Shown piece by piece: positions 29,101 to 38,037 of a DNA stretch of 54,940 bases. Both the position numbers and the translations under genes were made by a program. Below the pieces are notes generated by a model that was not told the origin of the DNA, made no database searches, and saw only the letters and a list, made by a program, of their open reading frames with translations. The DNA is from a virus (taxonomy: Duplodnaviria; Caudoviricetes): IMG/VR virus record IMGVR_UViG_3300010233_000019, positions 1 through 54,940 of that record; one strand, given 5' to 3'. Every line of letters begins with the position of its first letter. The stretch's first letter is position 1.

Positions 29101-29623
29101 TGCGACTTTGATGGTGGATGGACATGCAGTGGCGATCAATACCATGACCGGGGATTTCCGAAAGAGTTATGAATTTGGAGAGCCCAATGTCACTGTGGGA
29201 AATACCGTTTGGGTGGTATACAATGCCTCCACTCCATTCAAGTGGTACAAGACGGACTTTGAACTAGAACCACGTCCCTTCAACAAGACCACCTGGGTCC
29301 TTACATATAAACGCCCCGGAGGCGTGACACAGTTGGATATGGCAAGGTTCAATTCCCTAGATCTCGAAGGATTCGGCACCGTTACTTCGACTTGGAGAGC
29401 TGATGGGGTTCCAGTTCTCACGAATACCGTAGTGGTCTCTGGAAGACAATTCTTTGATGTGCTCTCTTTCCCTCCAGGGATTCGGGGGTATCTCTTCGAG
29501 CAGGAACTCACATCTTCAGAACCCTTCCGAGTATGGAGATCAAATCTCGATATCGAGCGGATTGGCGTGAAGGGGTTCTCTCGAGTCACATATCATGGCA
29601 AACCCCAAGAGGTGGCGAGTTAG
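26144..29623 (+). CDS. tail nozzle / head-stabilisation protein
   Basis: 1159 aa, beta-propeller-like segments (DRVFLG..QLFWS); podovirus gene order. Confidence 0.65.
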   Translation: MPIGTQTSVNFGLGLNAVVAPHLCQEGEVPAAADVDFSLENGAATARRGSIVVMSSTATATNLNVIIRRYNGSSASLDQSPWYWVCASGPMFRGTLTGSLITGTNIRTIFSGERPSFATAYQDWAYLANGDVAIRDNGSQTWDWIMGAPTNPPITVLPGGSTFTGFNAALAAGSAGTFVSSTGSPVLSTFTTGSSTGIVATGTVTNTNWENPTVSTFTEGSHTGTNTYTIGAFGVDYFLLGLTNPSVVTRVSRDASIGDTSFTNYWHAETTLDEIANNPADSIAQTLQVTATSQLQNLQRSTAIRQPQLGVISKSQLLSFPHLVGGVMAWKVNRTDYQLVGSTIATPDWTNIKAVRIVIETTGQCTAVLGSWQTFGDAGFCLSDTTTGYSYCYTLARLENGLPVAEGGPSPFSSPKKCQGAAAGLTIGFIGAPYTNLQGVTHYGIYRQGGVLNDAYLVDYFAINNQGISNAIYSDYSYSDAEIINNPSLTRNLWTSWPTAGVNAVSEPWQDRVFLGTGNQLFWSLPGQPNTIQQESQTTVSNTGDPIQGFSAWGPLVIVNQNSVYEMDGTVFEGPAQDWTLRKSGSRRGSAASKTIIKTPKGILLFGYDGMSLYYPGYGVDTPLDWVYNKIGDAWKGTSVLDPAAQKGYRVPAFNIPLLGQACATYGDGKIYLAAPTFKSFGDPTLNNTVFVFDLVLERVWYYEYPYTINSLFWDFVNNRLVAGLMDGRIVQLEQGLTDPNGFVQWGFRTKTWASPLDILIEGASVEAEASNGIEVRGSLDSVLNTMGTLTNTTRGWTPQPLAGQVVNNLAFEFFGTQEGTLGQKVSGLQWSAIVQPPKVTYWRTDFDPSGDPSTEKIWDCNFTEIAIQGSAPVIGVTFVDNVPVMTNTYPAPSSGQNYAYEGRASNLVGPVTLPKAYPNEILGNISYTTYTVGSGGTFQIFNSWNQTRPEPPRVLQYVSSKISAPSDSTIKTWVNEVHPLHGTITATLMVDGHAVAINTMTGDFRKSYEFGEPNVTVGNTVWVVYNASTPFKWYKTDFELEPRPFNKTTWVLTYKRPGGVTQLDMARFNSLDLEGFGTVTSTWRADGVPVLTNTVVVSGRQFFDVLSFPPGIRGYLFEQELTSSEPFRVWRSNLDIERIGVKGFSRVTYHGKPQEVAS

Positions 29624-30235
29624 GTGAAGAAAACACAAATCGCCATTCCCCCATTCAAGGACTTCAATGAGGCGAGGAATGTGGTGCAAAATGCCCTCTC
29701 AGGTTTGGTCTCAACTTTGGTAGAGGATTCCAAGAATACCCAACTTGATGGTAAGGGTCTAACCGCGCAGCATCTCGCCACTCCAATTCTCCCTGATGAT
29801 GCAGCAACAAAGGAGTATGTGGATAGGGCTCTTCAAAGCGGACTTCCCCCAAAGAGTGTGGGGGTCCTGGGGGATTTTCAACTTGCCAACGCATCCTCTC
29901 AGTTATCCCTGACAGCGGGATTTCAAGATGTCCCTGGATGCGCGTTGACTTGCCAGAGGAGTGGGACGTATCTAATCCAAGGGAACTTTTTCTTCATCGC
30001 AAGTGGCACGAGTAGTCAAATCTTTGCGGGGGCACTTCTCGCAAATGGGGTTCAACCCACAGGGTTTGCTATAACCCAGGAGAATAGAAATGGATTCTAC
30101 AGTGCCGCCTCTCAACAGTGGCTTTTGCCTATGTTAGGGGGGCAGATTTTAAAACTCCAAGCACTCTCCCTTGCGGGAGTGGGAAAGACTGAAACTCCCC
30201 ATACAAGTATTACAATTTTATGGGTTGGACCCTAA
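29624..30235 (+). CDS. tail-associated protein
   Basis: DAATKEYVD fibre motif; beta-sandwich-like C-terminus. Confidence 0.6.
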   Translation: MKKTQIAIPPFKDFNEARNVVQNALSGLVSTLVEDSKNTQLDGKGLTAQHLATPILPDDAATKEYVDRALQSGLPPKSVGVLGDFQLANASSQLSLTAGFQDVPGCALTCQRSGTYLIQGNFFFIASGTSSQIFAGALLANGVQPTGFAITQENRNGFYSAASQQWLLPMLGGQILKLQALSLAGVGKTETPHTSITILWVGP

Positions 30236-30266
30236 ATCAACACTCGCCAAAGGAGGCGAAAACAAA

Positions 30267-31049
30267 ATGAATGTTATATCCGGACAAAATGTAGATCTCA
30301 TCTTCCCCTTTCCCCTATCGGAGGTGAAACGGACATATGGGTGGAATCATTGCTACCGCACACTCACGGAGACGGATGATACTCCGAGCACTCAGGAGGA
30401 TTTCATCACATGGATGGAGAGTGTGGTGCAGACCATCCCCACTTGGGGGATCATTGATAAGAATCATATCACCAATATCAAACACGAAGCTCCATTGATT
30501 GGGATTGGGGTCTTCGAACCCATTGTGTGTCTGCCGAAGGGTGTGATTCGAAATGGACTCTTTCATGTGGCTACGGCCCGAAAGGCCTGGCGGACGGGAT
30601 TGGTCGATGAAGCGGGGCTCCTTGTGATTAGGGCACTCTTTGAGGAGATCCCAACATTGCTCCGAGTGAGTGCGTCGATTATGGAAAAGAATTTTCCGGC
30701 CAAGGCTTTGGCCAAGAGAATGGGATTCAAGTTTGAAGGTCTCACGGAAGACGCGATTGTGAAGGGTGGGATAGCAGAAAATCTGGTCAACTTTGGCCTA
30801 ACAAGGAAGAGGTGGGAAGCATGTCAATGGGAACAACGAGTGGTGGCGGAGCCCCGGGAATCGGAAGTCTCCTCATGGGTCCCCTTGGAGGGGCACTTGG
30901 AGGCCTCTTCTCAAGTCTCCTTGGAGGAGGGAGCCAGACAAATACCACAAATAGCTCTGGAAGTTCCAACATGTCTGGATCCGCAAGTAGCGATACCAGC
31001 CAAAACTCCGGAGGTCAAACAAATCAAAATGTCTCCGGAACAAATGTAG
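30267..31049 (+). CDS. GNAT (RimJ/RimL-like) acetyltransferase
   Basis: WRTGL, NFPAKALAKRMGFKFEG; SD AGGAGG. Confidence 0.75.
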   Translation: MNVISGQNVDLIFPFPLSEVKRTYGWNHCYRTLTETDDTPSTQEDFITWMESVVQTIPTWGIIDKNHITNIKHEAPLIGIGVFEPIVCLPKGVIRNGLFHVATARKAWRTGLVDEAGLLVIRALFEEIPTLLRVSASIMEKNFPAKALAKRMGFKFEGLTEDAIVKGGIAENLVNFGLTRKRWEACQWEQRVVAEPRESEVSSWVPLEGHLEASSQVSLEEGARQIPQIALEVPTCLDPQVAIPAKTPEVKQIKMSPEQM

Positions 31050-31567
31050 CTACCACTACCCCGAATCTCTCCCCGGAGTATGCGGCGTTTCAAGCTTCAC
31101 TGCCCGGGAGGTTCAATCAGGGCTTCGCTCAGGCGTCAAAGCCATTGCTGGGGCAAGCACAGCAGACGGCCTTCACAGGGGGCCTCAATACAAACTACAA
31201 TCAAGCCTTGCAGGGGTTGATGGGGAACCTTGCCAAGAGAGGAGCCTTAAATTCCGGAGCCGCCGGAACTGCTCAGGCGGGGCTCCTCAATAACAAACTC
31301 AACTCCCAAAGCCAGTATCTTGCGCAGGCTCCGGTGCAGAATCGGCAATATGCGGATACACAGTTCCAGAATGTCCTGGGACAAGCGGGATCATACAAGC
31401 CGATCTTTGGCCAAACCACCCAAGGTGCAAACAACCAAACCTCCCTCACAGATATTAGTAATTGGCTGAGTTCGATGATGAATAGTAGCCAAAACCAAAA
31501 CACCTCCACCACCCAAAGCACCACAGAGAAGAAAGGTGGGACGGGGTTGCTGGGGAAATTGTTCTAA
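30821..31567 (+). CDS. internal virion / DNA ejection protein
   Basis: Gly-rich hydrophobic N-terminus, Ser/Gln/Asn-rich body, LAKRGALNSG. Confidence 0.7.
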   Translation: MSMGTTSGGGAPGIGSLLMGPLGGALGGLFSSLLGGGSQTNTTNSSGSSNMSGSASSDTSQNSGGQTNQNVSGTNVATTTPNLSPEYAAFQASLPGRFNQGFAQASKPLLGQAQQTAFTGGLNTNYNQALQGLMGNLAKRGALNSGAAGTAQAGLLNNKLNSQSQYLAQAPVQNRQYADTQFQNVLGQAGSYKPIFGQTTQGANNQTSLTDISNWLSSMMNSSQNQNTSTTQSTTEKKGGTGLLGKLF

Positions 31568-31576
31568 GGAGCCCTG

Positions 31577-33397
31577 ATGAGCCCAGATTTGAATTCCCTC
31601 TATGACCTCCCCCAACAGGGGGAGCAAACCTTGGACCCTCGGGAGTTGCTAAGGCAGCAACTTCTGAAGTTCCAGGGGCAGGTATCCCCGCAGGCTTCGC
31701 CCAGTCCGATGCCGGATCTTGTGCAACGCGGGGCAGGACCAAAGCCCAACCCCACAGACTATGGGGCTCCGCCCCAAAAAGGAAATGCCGGGACCTTTCT
31801 TGAAGCGTTGCTGAATGGCTTTGCCGCGAAGAATAACCCAGAGTTCTTTCGGCAGACTCAGGAATCCTCTCGAGCGAGGGACATGCAGGATCAAGAGAGG
31901 ATCCGCCAAGCGGATCAATTCCGAAATCAGATGTTGCTGCATAACACCCTCTCGCCATATGAGAAGGCAATTCTCGAGGAACAAAAAGCAGCACAGCAAA
32001 ACAAGCAGCAAGAGGATCAACTCAAGTTGATGCAGATGGCCACACCGGAAGGGCCAGTGGCACTGGGGCAGGCTCCAAACTTACAGGGGATGGTCTCCCC
32101 CTCGGTTCAGGGAACCCCGGGGACTCCCGGACCCTCTCAGGGACTCGGGCCAAATCCCCAGAATGATTGGGGACAAACTCCCCCAGTTCCAGGACAAGCT
32201 CCAACACCAGGATTGGAGTTCCTCGGACCCACCTCAGCCAATGCGGCTGCACCGCCCTCGATGACGGGTACCATGGGAGGGATTCCTTTCCATCAAAATC
32301 CCGAGTATGATCCGAATGAGAAGAAGGCCAATCGCATCGCAATGCCTGCAGATTCGGAGATGGGTAAGGCCTATACCACGATGTTCAAAGGTGCGGTGCC
32401 GGATAAGGAGGGGAACTTCAATGTAGACCCGAGGGTCTTACCCTTCATCACGGAGAATGCCAAGGATCGGGCCAAGGCAGAGGAACAACACGCGGCGATG
32501 TTGGACTTGCAAAGCAATGCCAAGTCCCTTCATGGTCTGGTGGATAACTTTATTGCAAAGGCAGACCCTCCAACCGCAGCGATGTTTAAGAGTGAAATTG
32601 ACACCGCCCGAACCCCCCAGCAACTTGAGGGGGTCTCCGGGAGGATCATTGCATATCAGACCACGAATGGGCCCGAGGCTCGAAAAAGGAATCTTGAACT
32701 CGCTACGGCTGCGGCGGTGGCTACGGATAATGCCAAAGCCCAAGGGGTCATCAAACGCTCCGAAGCCATGGCGGATAGCATGTACGATGTGATGATGAAG
32801 ACTGGGATGCCTCCGGATGTTTTGATGAGAGGGAGGAATCCCGAAGAGAGAATGGCCATCACCGCGAAGTGGGTGAGAGATGGAAAGCAACTTCCAGTCT
32901 TTCTCACTCAGCAGGGTCAGAAGGCTCTGACGGAGATTGATTCAACTCTAGCCCTGGCCAAGGAAATCAAAGGGCTCCTCGAAGCCAAAGGTCCAGATGG
33001 AAAGGCCCTAAAGGATTCTTCCATGCCATTCAGTACACTCTTGCAATCTGCAGAGTACAAAGCAGGTATCAAACCCTTACAGGATAAATATATCAACCTC
33101 ACAAAGGTCTTCCAGACTCTGGCAGCGGGGCGTATTGCCAAAGCTTCGGGTTCCTCAACCGAGAAGATCCAAGAGGACCTTAAGGTGCATACACCATTTC
33201 CCGAAAAGGATTCCCTCGCCTTGGCGTATAGCAAACTTCTAAGTATCATTCATTACATTGAGGATAACCAGAGGAATGCGGTGATTCAAAACAACAACAA
33301 ATGGGGAGGGCTCATCGGGGCGGGAGTGATTGAGGACAAAGAAACGGGGAAAGAAGAAACCCCTCAAGAGAAAGCTGAAAGGCTTCTGGGGAAGTAA
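31577..33397 (+). CDS. internal virion / ejection protein
   Basis: 606 aa Gln/Pro/Ala-rich helical protein in the ejection-protein position. Confidence 0.65.
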   Translation: MSPDLNSLYDLPQQGEQTLDPRELLRQQLLKFQGQVSPQASPSPMPDLVQRGAGPKPNPTDYGAPPQKGNAGTFLEALLNGFAAKNNPEFFRQTQESSRARDMQDQERIRQADQFRNQMLLHNTLSPYEKAILEEQKAAQQNKQQEDQLKLMQMATPEGPVALGQAPNLQGMVSPSVQGTPGTPGPSQGLGPNPQNDWGQTPPVPGQAPTPGLEFLGPTSANAAAPPSMTGTMGGIPFHQNPEYDPNEKKANRIAMPADSEMGKAYTTMFKGAVPDKEGNFNVDPRVLPFITENAKDRAKAEEQHAAMLDLQSNAKSLHGLVDNFIAKADPPTAAMFKSEIDTARTPQQLEGVSGRIIAYQTTNGPEARKRNLELATAAAVATDNAKAQGVIKRSEAMADSMYDVMMKTGMPPDVLMRGRNPEERMAITAKWVRDGKQLPVFLTQQGQKALTEIDSTLALAKEIKGLLEAKGPDGKALKDSSMPFSTLLQSAEYKAGIKPLQDKYINLTKVFQTLAAGRIAKASGSSTEKIQEDLKVHTPFPEKDSLALAYSKLLSIIHYIEDNQRNAVIQNNNKWGGLIGAGVIEDKETGKEETPQEKAERLLGK

Positions 33398-33406
33398 GGA
33401 GAAACC

Positions 33407-35053
33407 ATGGCAGATCAAAGTCCAGCGGAACTAGCGGATCTGAAGGATCTGTATAACCAACGGGGCTCCTTGAAGTTGAGCCCCACACAGCAGATCAGAC
33501 TCACGGCTCTAGCCAAACAAAATGGGTGGGACAAGGCCACCCCCGGGACAAGTGGGGAGGACATCTCGGGTTCCCCATTCTTGCAGGCCTTGAAACTTGG
33601 TTGGGGTGCTACCAAGCAGGCCACTCAGAATGCAGTGGGGCGGTTTGGTGAGGCACTTGGCCAAGACTCCCAAGCCGTGGGCCAGATGTTACAGGATCAA
33701 CTAGGGAAACTCACGGGGTCCCATCCTCTCGAGGCAGTGACGGATACCGCCTCGGGTCTCATCGGAGCCCAGCAGCAGCAGCAGCAGCAAATGCAACAAG
33801 AGAATCCCATCCGAGCGGGACTTCGGCAGGGGATTAATTCCACCCCATTGGGAGCATTGGTCGGACCCCAAGTGAATCGGGCAATAGACCGCTTTACCTC
33901 GGGGGATCCGGCAGGGTCCATGTCTGATGTGGCACAGCTTGCACTGATGAATTCAGGTCCGGATATTGTGGAAGCAGCGGGAACTCCCCTTCGAAGGGTT
34001 GGGGAGTCTATGGTAAGGAATTCTCAGAGGGATCTTACGGATGTGGCGGGGGATTTCTTGCAGAAGAACAAGACAGAAAAGGATCTTGCAGTGGTGCCGA
34101 GGATTGATAGGGTGACGGGTAAGGCCCAACCTGGGCTGACGCCATTTGAGGAAATGCGGGGTCGTATCGAGTCAATGGATACTCAGCCAAGGCGAGGACG
34201 GGAGGCCACTCCCCAAGCAGAGCGAACCCAAGGGGTGATCGCCAAGGCCACGGAACTAAGGAATCAGCGGCTCCAAACTTCCCAGGCCCAGATGCCCATC
34301 TCCGATGTGTTGACTCCAGCGATGCAGTATATCCAGGAAAAACAAGCCGTAGGGGATTCTACGTCCTCGGCGGAGAGTGCTCTGGCCAACAAGATTGAAG
34401 CCCTCACTAAGATCCCCAAACTCGTGGATCCCCAAGGAAAACCTCTCGAGACGGATTGGCAATATGCCCAACGAGTCCAACAGGCCAACCCTACCGCAAC
34501 TCCGTGGAAATGGCAAGAACGAAAGGAAGCTTTGAAGGCCACCCAGACGGAACGGGAAGCCCAACGCAGCCAAGGAACCCTCGCGGAGACCAATCCCTCG
34601 GAGGATACCATTCGGGATTTGATGATCCATGGCATCAACGAGGGCCACTCGAGGATCGCTGGGGCAGAACCCGGGGAGTTTAATCGGACCATCCACCAAA
34701 CCATTGCCATCCAGGATGCGGTGAAGGAGATGGCCAAGACGAAGCCCCAGACCCTGATGCACGCGATGCAGTATGTCCTTGGTGGGGCAACCGTGGCGGG
34801 ACTCTCCACTCTGACAAATCTCGGTGGGGTGATCCCCATCGGTGCGGGGGCGGCAAGTCTTGGGGGTGGAGTTCTCGCAGCAGCGGCGGTTTTTGCACGG
34901 AAACTTGCCACAGACCCCATTGCTCGGGCAAAGTTTGGAGATTACCTTCGCCAGACAAATCTCCGAGGCGGGGCTGCTGCCCAAACGATTGGGGGGATTC
35001 CTAAGCTTCGAGCCCTAGTACCCACCCAACCAGCAACACAACCCCCGCAATAA
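33407..35053 (+). CDS. internal virion / ejection protein
   Basis: 548 aa with C-terminal Gly/Ala hydrophobic segments. Confidence 0.65.
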   Translation: MADQSPAELADLKDLYNQRGSLKLSPTQQIRLTALAKQNGWDKATPGTSGEDISGSPFLQALKLGWGATKQATQNAVGRFGEALGQDSQAVGQMLQDQLGKLTGSHPLEAVTDTASGLIGAQQQQQQQMQQENPIRAGLRQGINSTPLGALVGPQVNRAIDRFTSGDPAGSMSDVAQLALMNSGPDIVEAAGTPLRRVGESMVRNSQRDLTDVAGDFLQKNKTEKDLAVVPRIDRVTGKAQPGLTPFEEMRGRIESMDTQPRRGREATPQAERTQGVIAKATELRNQRLQTSQAQMPISDVLTPAMQYIQEKQAVGDSTSSAESALANKIEALTKIPKLVDPQGKPLETDWQYAQRVQQANPTATPWKWQERKEALKATQTEREAQRSQGTLAETNPSEDTIRDLMIHGINEGHSRIAGAEPGEFNRTIHQTIAIQDAVKEMAKTKPQTLMHAMQYVLGGATVAGLSTLTNLGGVIPIGAGAASLGGGVLAAAAVFARKLATDPIARAKFGDYLRQTNLRGGAAAQTIGGIPKLRALVPTQPATQPPQ

Positions 35054-35101
35054 GTTGGGGGATACACCAAAGTAAAACTAGCCCTATAAGGATTTCCAAA
35101 G

Positions 35102-35377
35102 ATGATTACTCCTTTCCTTCAGTCTCAGCAGCCCCGGCCAGTGTCGGTAACCAGCCTGGTATGGCTCAGCATCACCACGTTGTTGGCATTGGTGCTAACC
35201 CTCGTCGGAGCATGGGGACAGAATACAAGCAAGCGTGTCGATCAGCAGAGTGAAACTCTGTCCAAGGTCGTGACCCAGCAAGCGGTGGATCAAGAGAGGT
35301 TCTCGGAGATTCAGAAATCCCTCCGAGAACAGAAGGCGATGATTCAAGTTTTGTTGGACATGCACACAAAAAAATAA
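35102..35377 (+). CDS. membrane protein with coiled coil (possibly lysis-related)
   Basis: One hydrophobic helix followed by a heptad pattern. Confidence 0.6.
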   Translation: MITPFLQSQQPRPVSVTSLVWLSITTLLALVLTLVGAWGQNTSKRVDQQSETLSKVVTQQAVDQERFSEIQKSLREQKAMIQVLLDMHTKK

Positions 35378-35388
35378 CAGGGGGTCTC

Positions 35389-35985
35389 ATGGCGGATTTG
35401 AGGTCTATGTGGCAGGATTTGATGGCCCGGTGGAGAACCCCCGAGGATGTACCCCGGGTCGCGCAGGATAGGTACACACGGACTCCGGTGTTTTGGAATG
35501 AAACAGACCCTCGGATTGGGGGACAGTATAGGGCCAATGCGAATCCGGGTCAGATCTTACAGGACTCACCGGGAGGGCGAAGCCCAGATCTTGCGGGGTT
35601 GGTTCAGAATTGGAAAGCCAAGAAGGGAGCCATATCTTTGCAACCTTCGGGGTATGGGGCAAGTGGCCCGACCCTCGCCCACGAAGTGGCACATAGGATA
35701 TATGATGTGGGGGGACTCGCGGGACATGCAGAGGAACTCGCGGGACAGGTTCCCACTTCATCCCGAGATTATCTTCAGGCCTCTCCAGTGTATAATCGCC
35801 AAGAAAATGCAGGAAGCCCAAGGCAACTCTCTGATGAGGGCCTTGGGTTGGCATTCAACAATGCGTGGGATCCAAAGCCCCAAGAGGGATACGTCCAGGC
35901 AGCGGCCTCGAAGTTGCAAGATCCCTCCCTACGGGATGCGTTGCTACGGATGTGGCAGAACCGCAAGATGACAGCGAGGGAATAG
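35389..35985 (+). CDS. HExxH zincin-like protein
   Basis: TLAHEVAHRIY and a downstream DE. Confidence 0.6.
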   Translation: MADLRSMWQDLMARWRTPEDVPRVAQDRYTRTPVFWNETDPRIGGQYRANANPGQILQDSPGGRSPDLAGLVQNWKAKKGAISLQPSGYGASGPTLAHEVAHRIYDVGGLAGHAEELAGQVPTSSRDYLQASPVYNRQENAGSPRQLSDEGLGLAFNNAWDPKPQEGYVQAAASKLQDPSLRDALLRMWQNRKMTARE

Positions 35986-36267
35986 ATGGCATCAACTCTG
36001 AGTGCGAACGTCGCACGCATGGAAGTACCCCAGTTCCAAACAACGCCATCAAAGGCCTCTACGTGAATACTAAAGGAATGGATCCAGCAAATCTCGCGCA
36101 GATTGAGAAGATTGCCCACGACATGGGGCTTCCAGTTAGGAAATTCAGGGGCACCAAGGCCTTCTCCCAAGCTCGAGCATCAATGCAGAAGATTGCCACA
36201 GGGGCGAAGGTCTTCGGAGGTGCCGGACTTGCAGCTCTCGGAGCAATGGCCCCCTCGCGGGACAAGT

Positions 36268-36540
36268 CTACCCAATGACCTTGCTGCGTTTGGGAAGGGC
36301 CCGAGGGAGATCCAGGACCCTCATCTCCACGATGGAATGGCGGGGGATGGAAAGACGCCACCGCCCCGGAGAAGTCTCGGGATTCCCATGGAGTTCCATT
36401 GTGATCATCACGGCCTCGGAGTTTTCATCCGCGAGGAACCCCACCTCTTCGAGTTCCACGAGGGCTGCGACGTTGGGGCCTGTGTCGGATTCATCGGAGC
36501 AGGCATCTTTCCAGCGGATGTAGCAGATCTGTGGGGTCAT
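36268..36540 (-). CDS. phage hypothetical protein (paralog of 897..1223)
   Basis: IRWKDAC...EVGFL...ITME...IPRHSI. Confidence 0.75.
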   Translation of the reverse strand: MTPQICYIRWKDACSDESDTGPNVAALVELEEVGFLADENSEAVMITMELHGNPETSPGRWRLSIPRHSIVEMRVLDLPRALPKRSKVIG

Positions 36541-36552
36541 CTTGGCCTCATT

Positions 36553-36744
36553 TCAAACATTATATTCCTCATTGATTCCCAGATAGGTCAGCAGGGAGAC
36601 CATATGGTCATGGGCTTTGGCCCATGCCTTGCGGAGGGTGGGGTCATCGATCTTTGAGGAGGGGAGTTCATCTAGTAGGGCATGATCCAGGCCATGTTCG
36701 AAGACGAATTTAACCACACTCTCATTGCACAGGCGTCTTGCCAT
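36553..36744 (-). CDS. hypothetical protein
   Basis: 63 aa, SD GAGG. Confidence 0.6.
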   Translation of the reverse strand: MARRLCNESVVKFVFEHGLDHALLDELPSSKIDDPTLRKAWAKAHDHMVSLLTYLGINEEYNV

Positions 36745-37072
36745 TTTTCAACCTCTCTCGTAGAAGGGTATCAAGGTACCCACTGGCGTTGAAGATCAAT
36801 GCACAGATGCTCTCTTCAAGGGCATCCTGGCCTGGCCAGCCTCGATGTTGGGTCCACCAGTCGAAGAAATGTCTCCAGGCACTCTTGATGTAGCAAGCCT
36901 TGGGGATTCCTTTTTGCCAGTTATCACTATCCCGAAGCTTGCCGTCTGCTTGTTTGCGGTGCTTGTGCATATATGCACCATAACGTTCCACTACAAGCGG
37001 GGAGAGAAATCCCTCATAGTCATACTTGTTCTCATCAGTGTCTCGGGTTGCTCCGGTGTCGAAGTTTCTCAT
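36722..37072 (-). CDS. DUF5664-like (dATP/dGTP diphosphohydrolase N-terminal-like) protein
   Basis: FDTGATRD...K.DY...NWQKGIP...SAWRH. Confidence 0.7.
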   Translation of the reverse strand: MRNFDTGATRDTDENKYDYEGFLSPLVVERYGAYMHKHRKQADGKLRDSDNWQKGIPKACYIKSAWRHFFDWWTQHRGWPGQDALEESICALIFNASGYLDTLLRERLKNGKTPVQ

Positions 37073-37212
37073 CTCTTATCTCCAATCGGATTAAACATTC
37101 TTCAGCCATCCAATCACTCAAGCCAAGGAGACATCCTCCAGGATTGCGATGTCTCCCTGCCCTCACCTCTATTGCACAGCGATCTACTTCAAAAATACAT
37201 TGAGCCAGGGCT

Positions 37213-37986
37213 TTAACCCTTGTATAGTTTTCCCTCGGGAGATACAAAGCTGTGGTTGAAGATTGAGGTGGTGTAACGATTGAAGAATCCATTTGGTTGG
37301 AAGCGGAAGATTGAGATGGCTTGCTGCCATTTTGTGGCTCGGCCTTTGAGCCAGTACTGGCGATAATCACACACACATCCGAGAGAGGCGGCTTCATATT
37401 TGAGGTTATCCCCTTCCCGTTCTACGGTGTAGTTTTGGATGTCGTGAAGGTGACCGTAGAAAAAATTCCGTCCGTACCGAGTCGCATGTTTTTCAGCGTG
37501 ATATTTATTTGTGTATCTTCCATGCCCGAAGCTTGCTTTGCCAAGATCAAGGACTTTCCCAGTGGACCAGTAAGGTACCCAATTCCATCCACGTTCTGCA
37601 ATACGAAGTCCATTCTCTGCCTCCACGAGACCTGAAAGTTGGGGTTGGAACTGAGCAAGGAGAGTTCCACGGTAGTCGTGGTTTCCTTCGATAAGCCACT
37701 TCTCCGCATCGGGGGTGGCCTGTTCAAATTCATCTAGGTCCTTGTTGGCCTTGGTGTAATCCTTGAAGAGGGTCTCGCCCTCGACGTTTTTGATGTTCCC
37801 CTTGTTGTGGGAGGAGATGGAGTTGTGGTCCATCACATCACCAAGCCACACAACGTGGGACCAACGATGGTCATTTGCGTAGGTCTTGATGGCGTCGAGA
37901 GTTCGGCGATCCTCACCTCCTGCCTTTGCTCGATAGTGGACATCGGGGATCACAAGGACATTCGTAGGGGGTGTAGTACTTTTCAT
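37213..37986 (-). CDS. calcineurin-like metallophosphoesterase
   Basis: PDVH, LGDVMD, EGNHD, HG, GHLH. Confidence 0.85.
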   Translation of the reverse strand: MKSTTPPTNVLVIPDVHYRAKAGGEDRRTLDAIKTYANDHRWSHVVWLGDVMDHNSISSHNKGNIKNVEGETLFKDYTKANKDLDEFEQATPDAEKWLIEGNHDYRGTLLAQFQPQLSGLVEAENGLRIAERGWNWVPYWSTGKVLDLGKASFGHGRYTNKYHAEKHATRYGRNFFYGHLHDIQNYTVEREGDNLKYEAASLGCVCDYRQYWLKGRATKWQQAISIFRFQPNGFFNRYTTSIFNHSFVSPEGKLYKG

Positions 37987-38004
37987 TGGCACCTCACTTT
38001 TGGT

Positions 38005-38033
38005 ATTATAGCACGGATCTTCTTGAAAGTCAA
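38005..38033 (-). promoter_or_regulatory. sigma70-type promoter
   Basis: TTGACT-17 nt-TATAAT with TG extension on the minus strand. Confidence 0.75.
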
Positions 38034-38037
38034 GGGG

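Noticed and set aside
33770-33790. (CAG)6 repeat
   Set aside because: In-frame poly-Gln in a Gln-rich protein; not a phase-variation tract.
23382-35988. In-frame TAG followed directly by a start codon at 23382, 29621 and 35983, suggesting amber recoding
   Set aside because: Long genes are not interrupted by TAG, other genes end cleanly in TAG before a new SD, and no suppressor tRNA is seen. Occasional readthrough cannot be excluded.
36722-37072. DUF5664-like gene as proof of a 2-aminoadenine (Z) genome
   Set aside because: No PurZ-like synthetase is visible in the window; this domain alone is insufficient.
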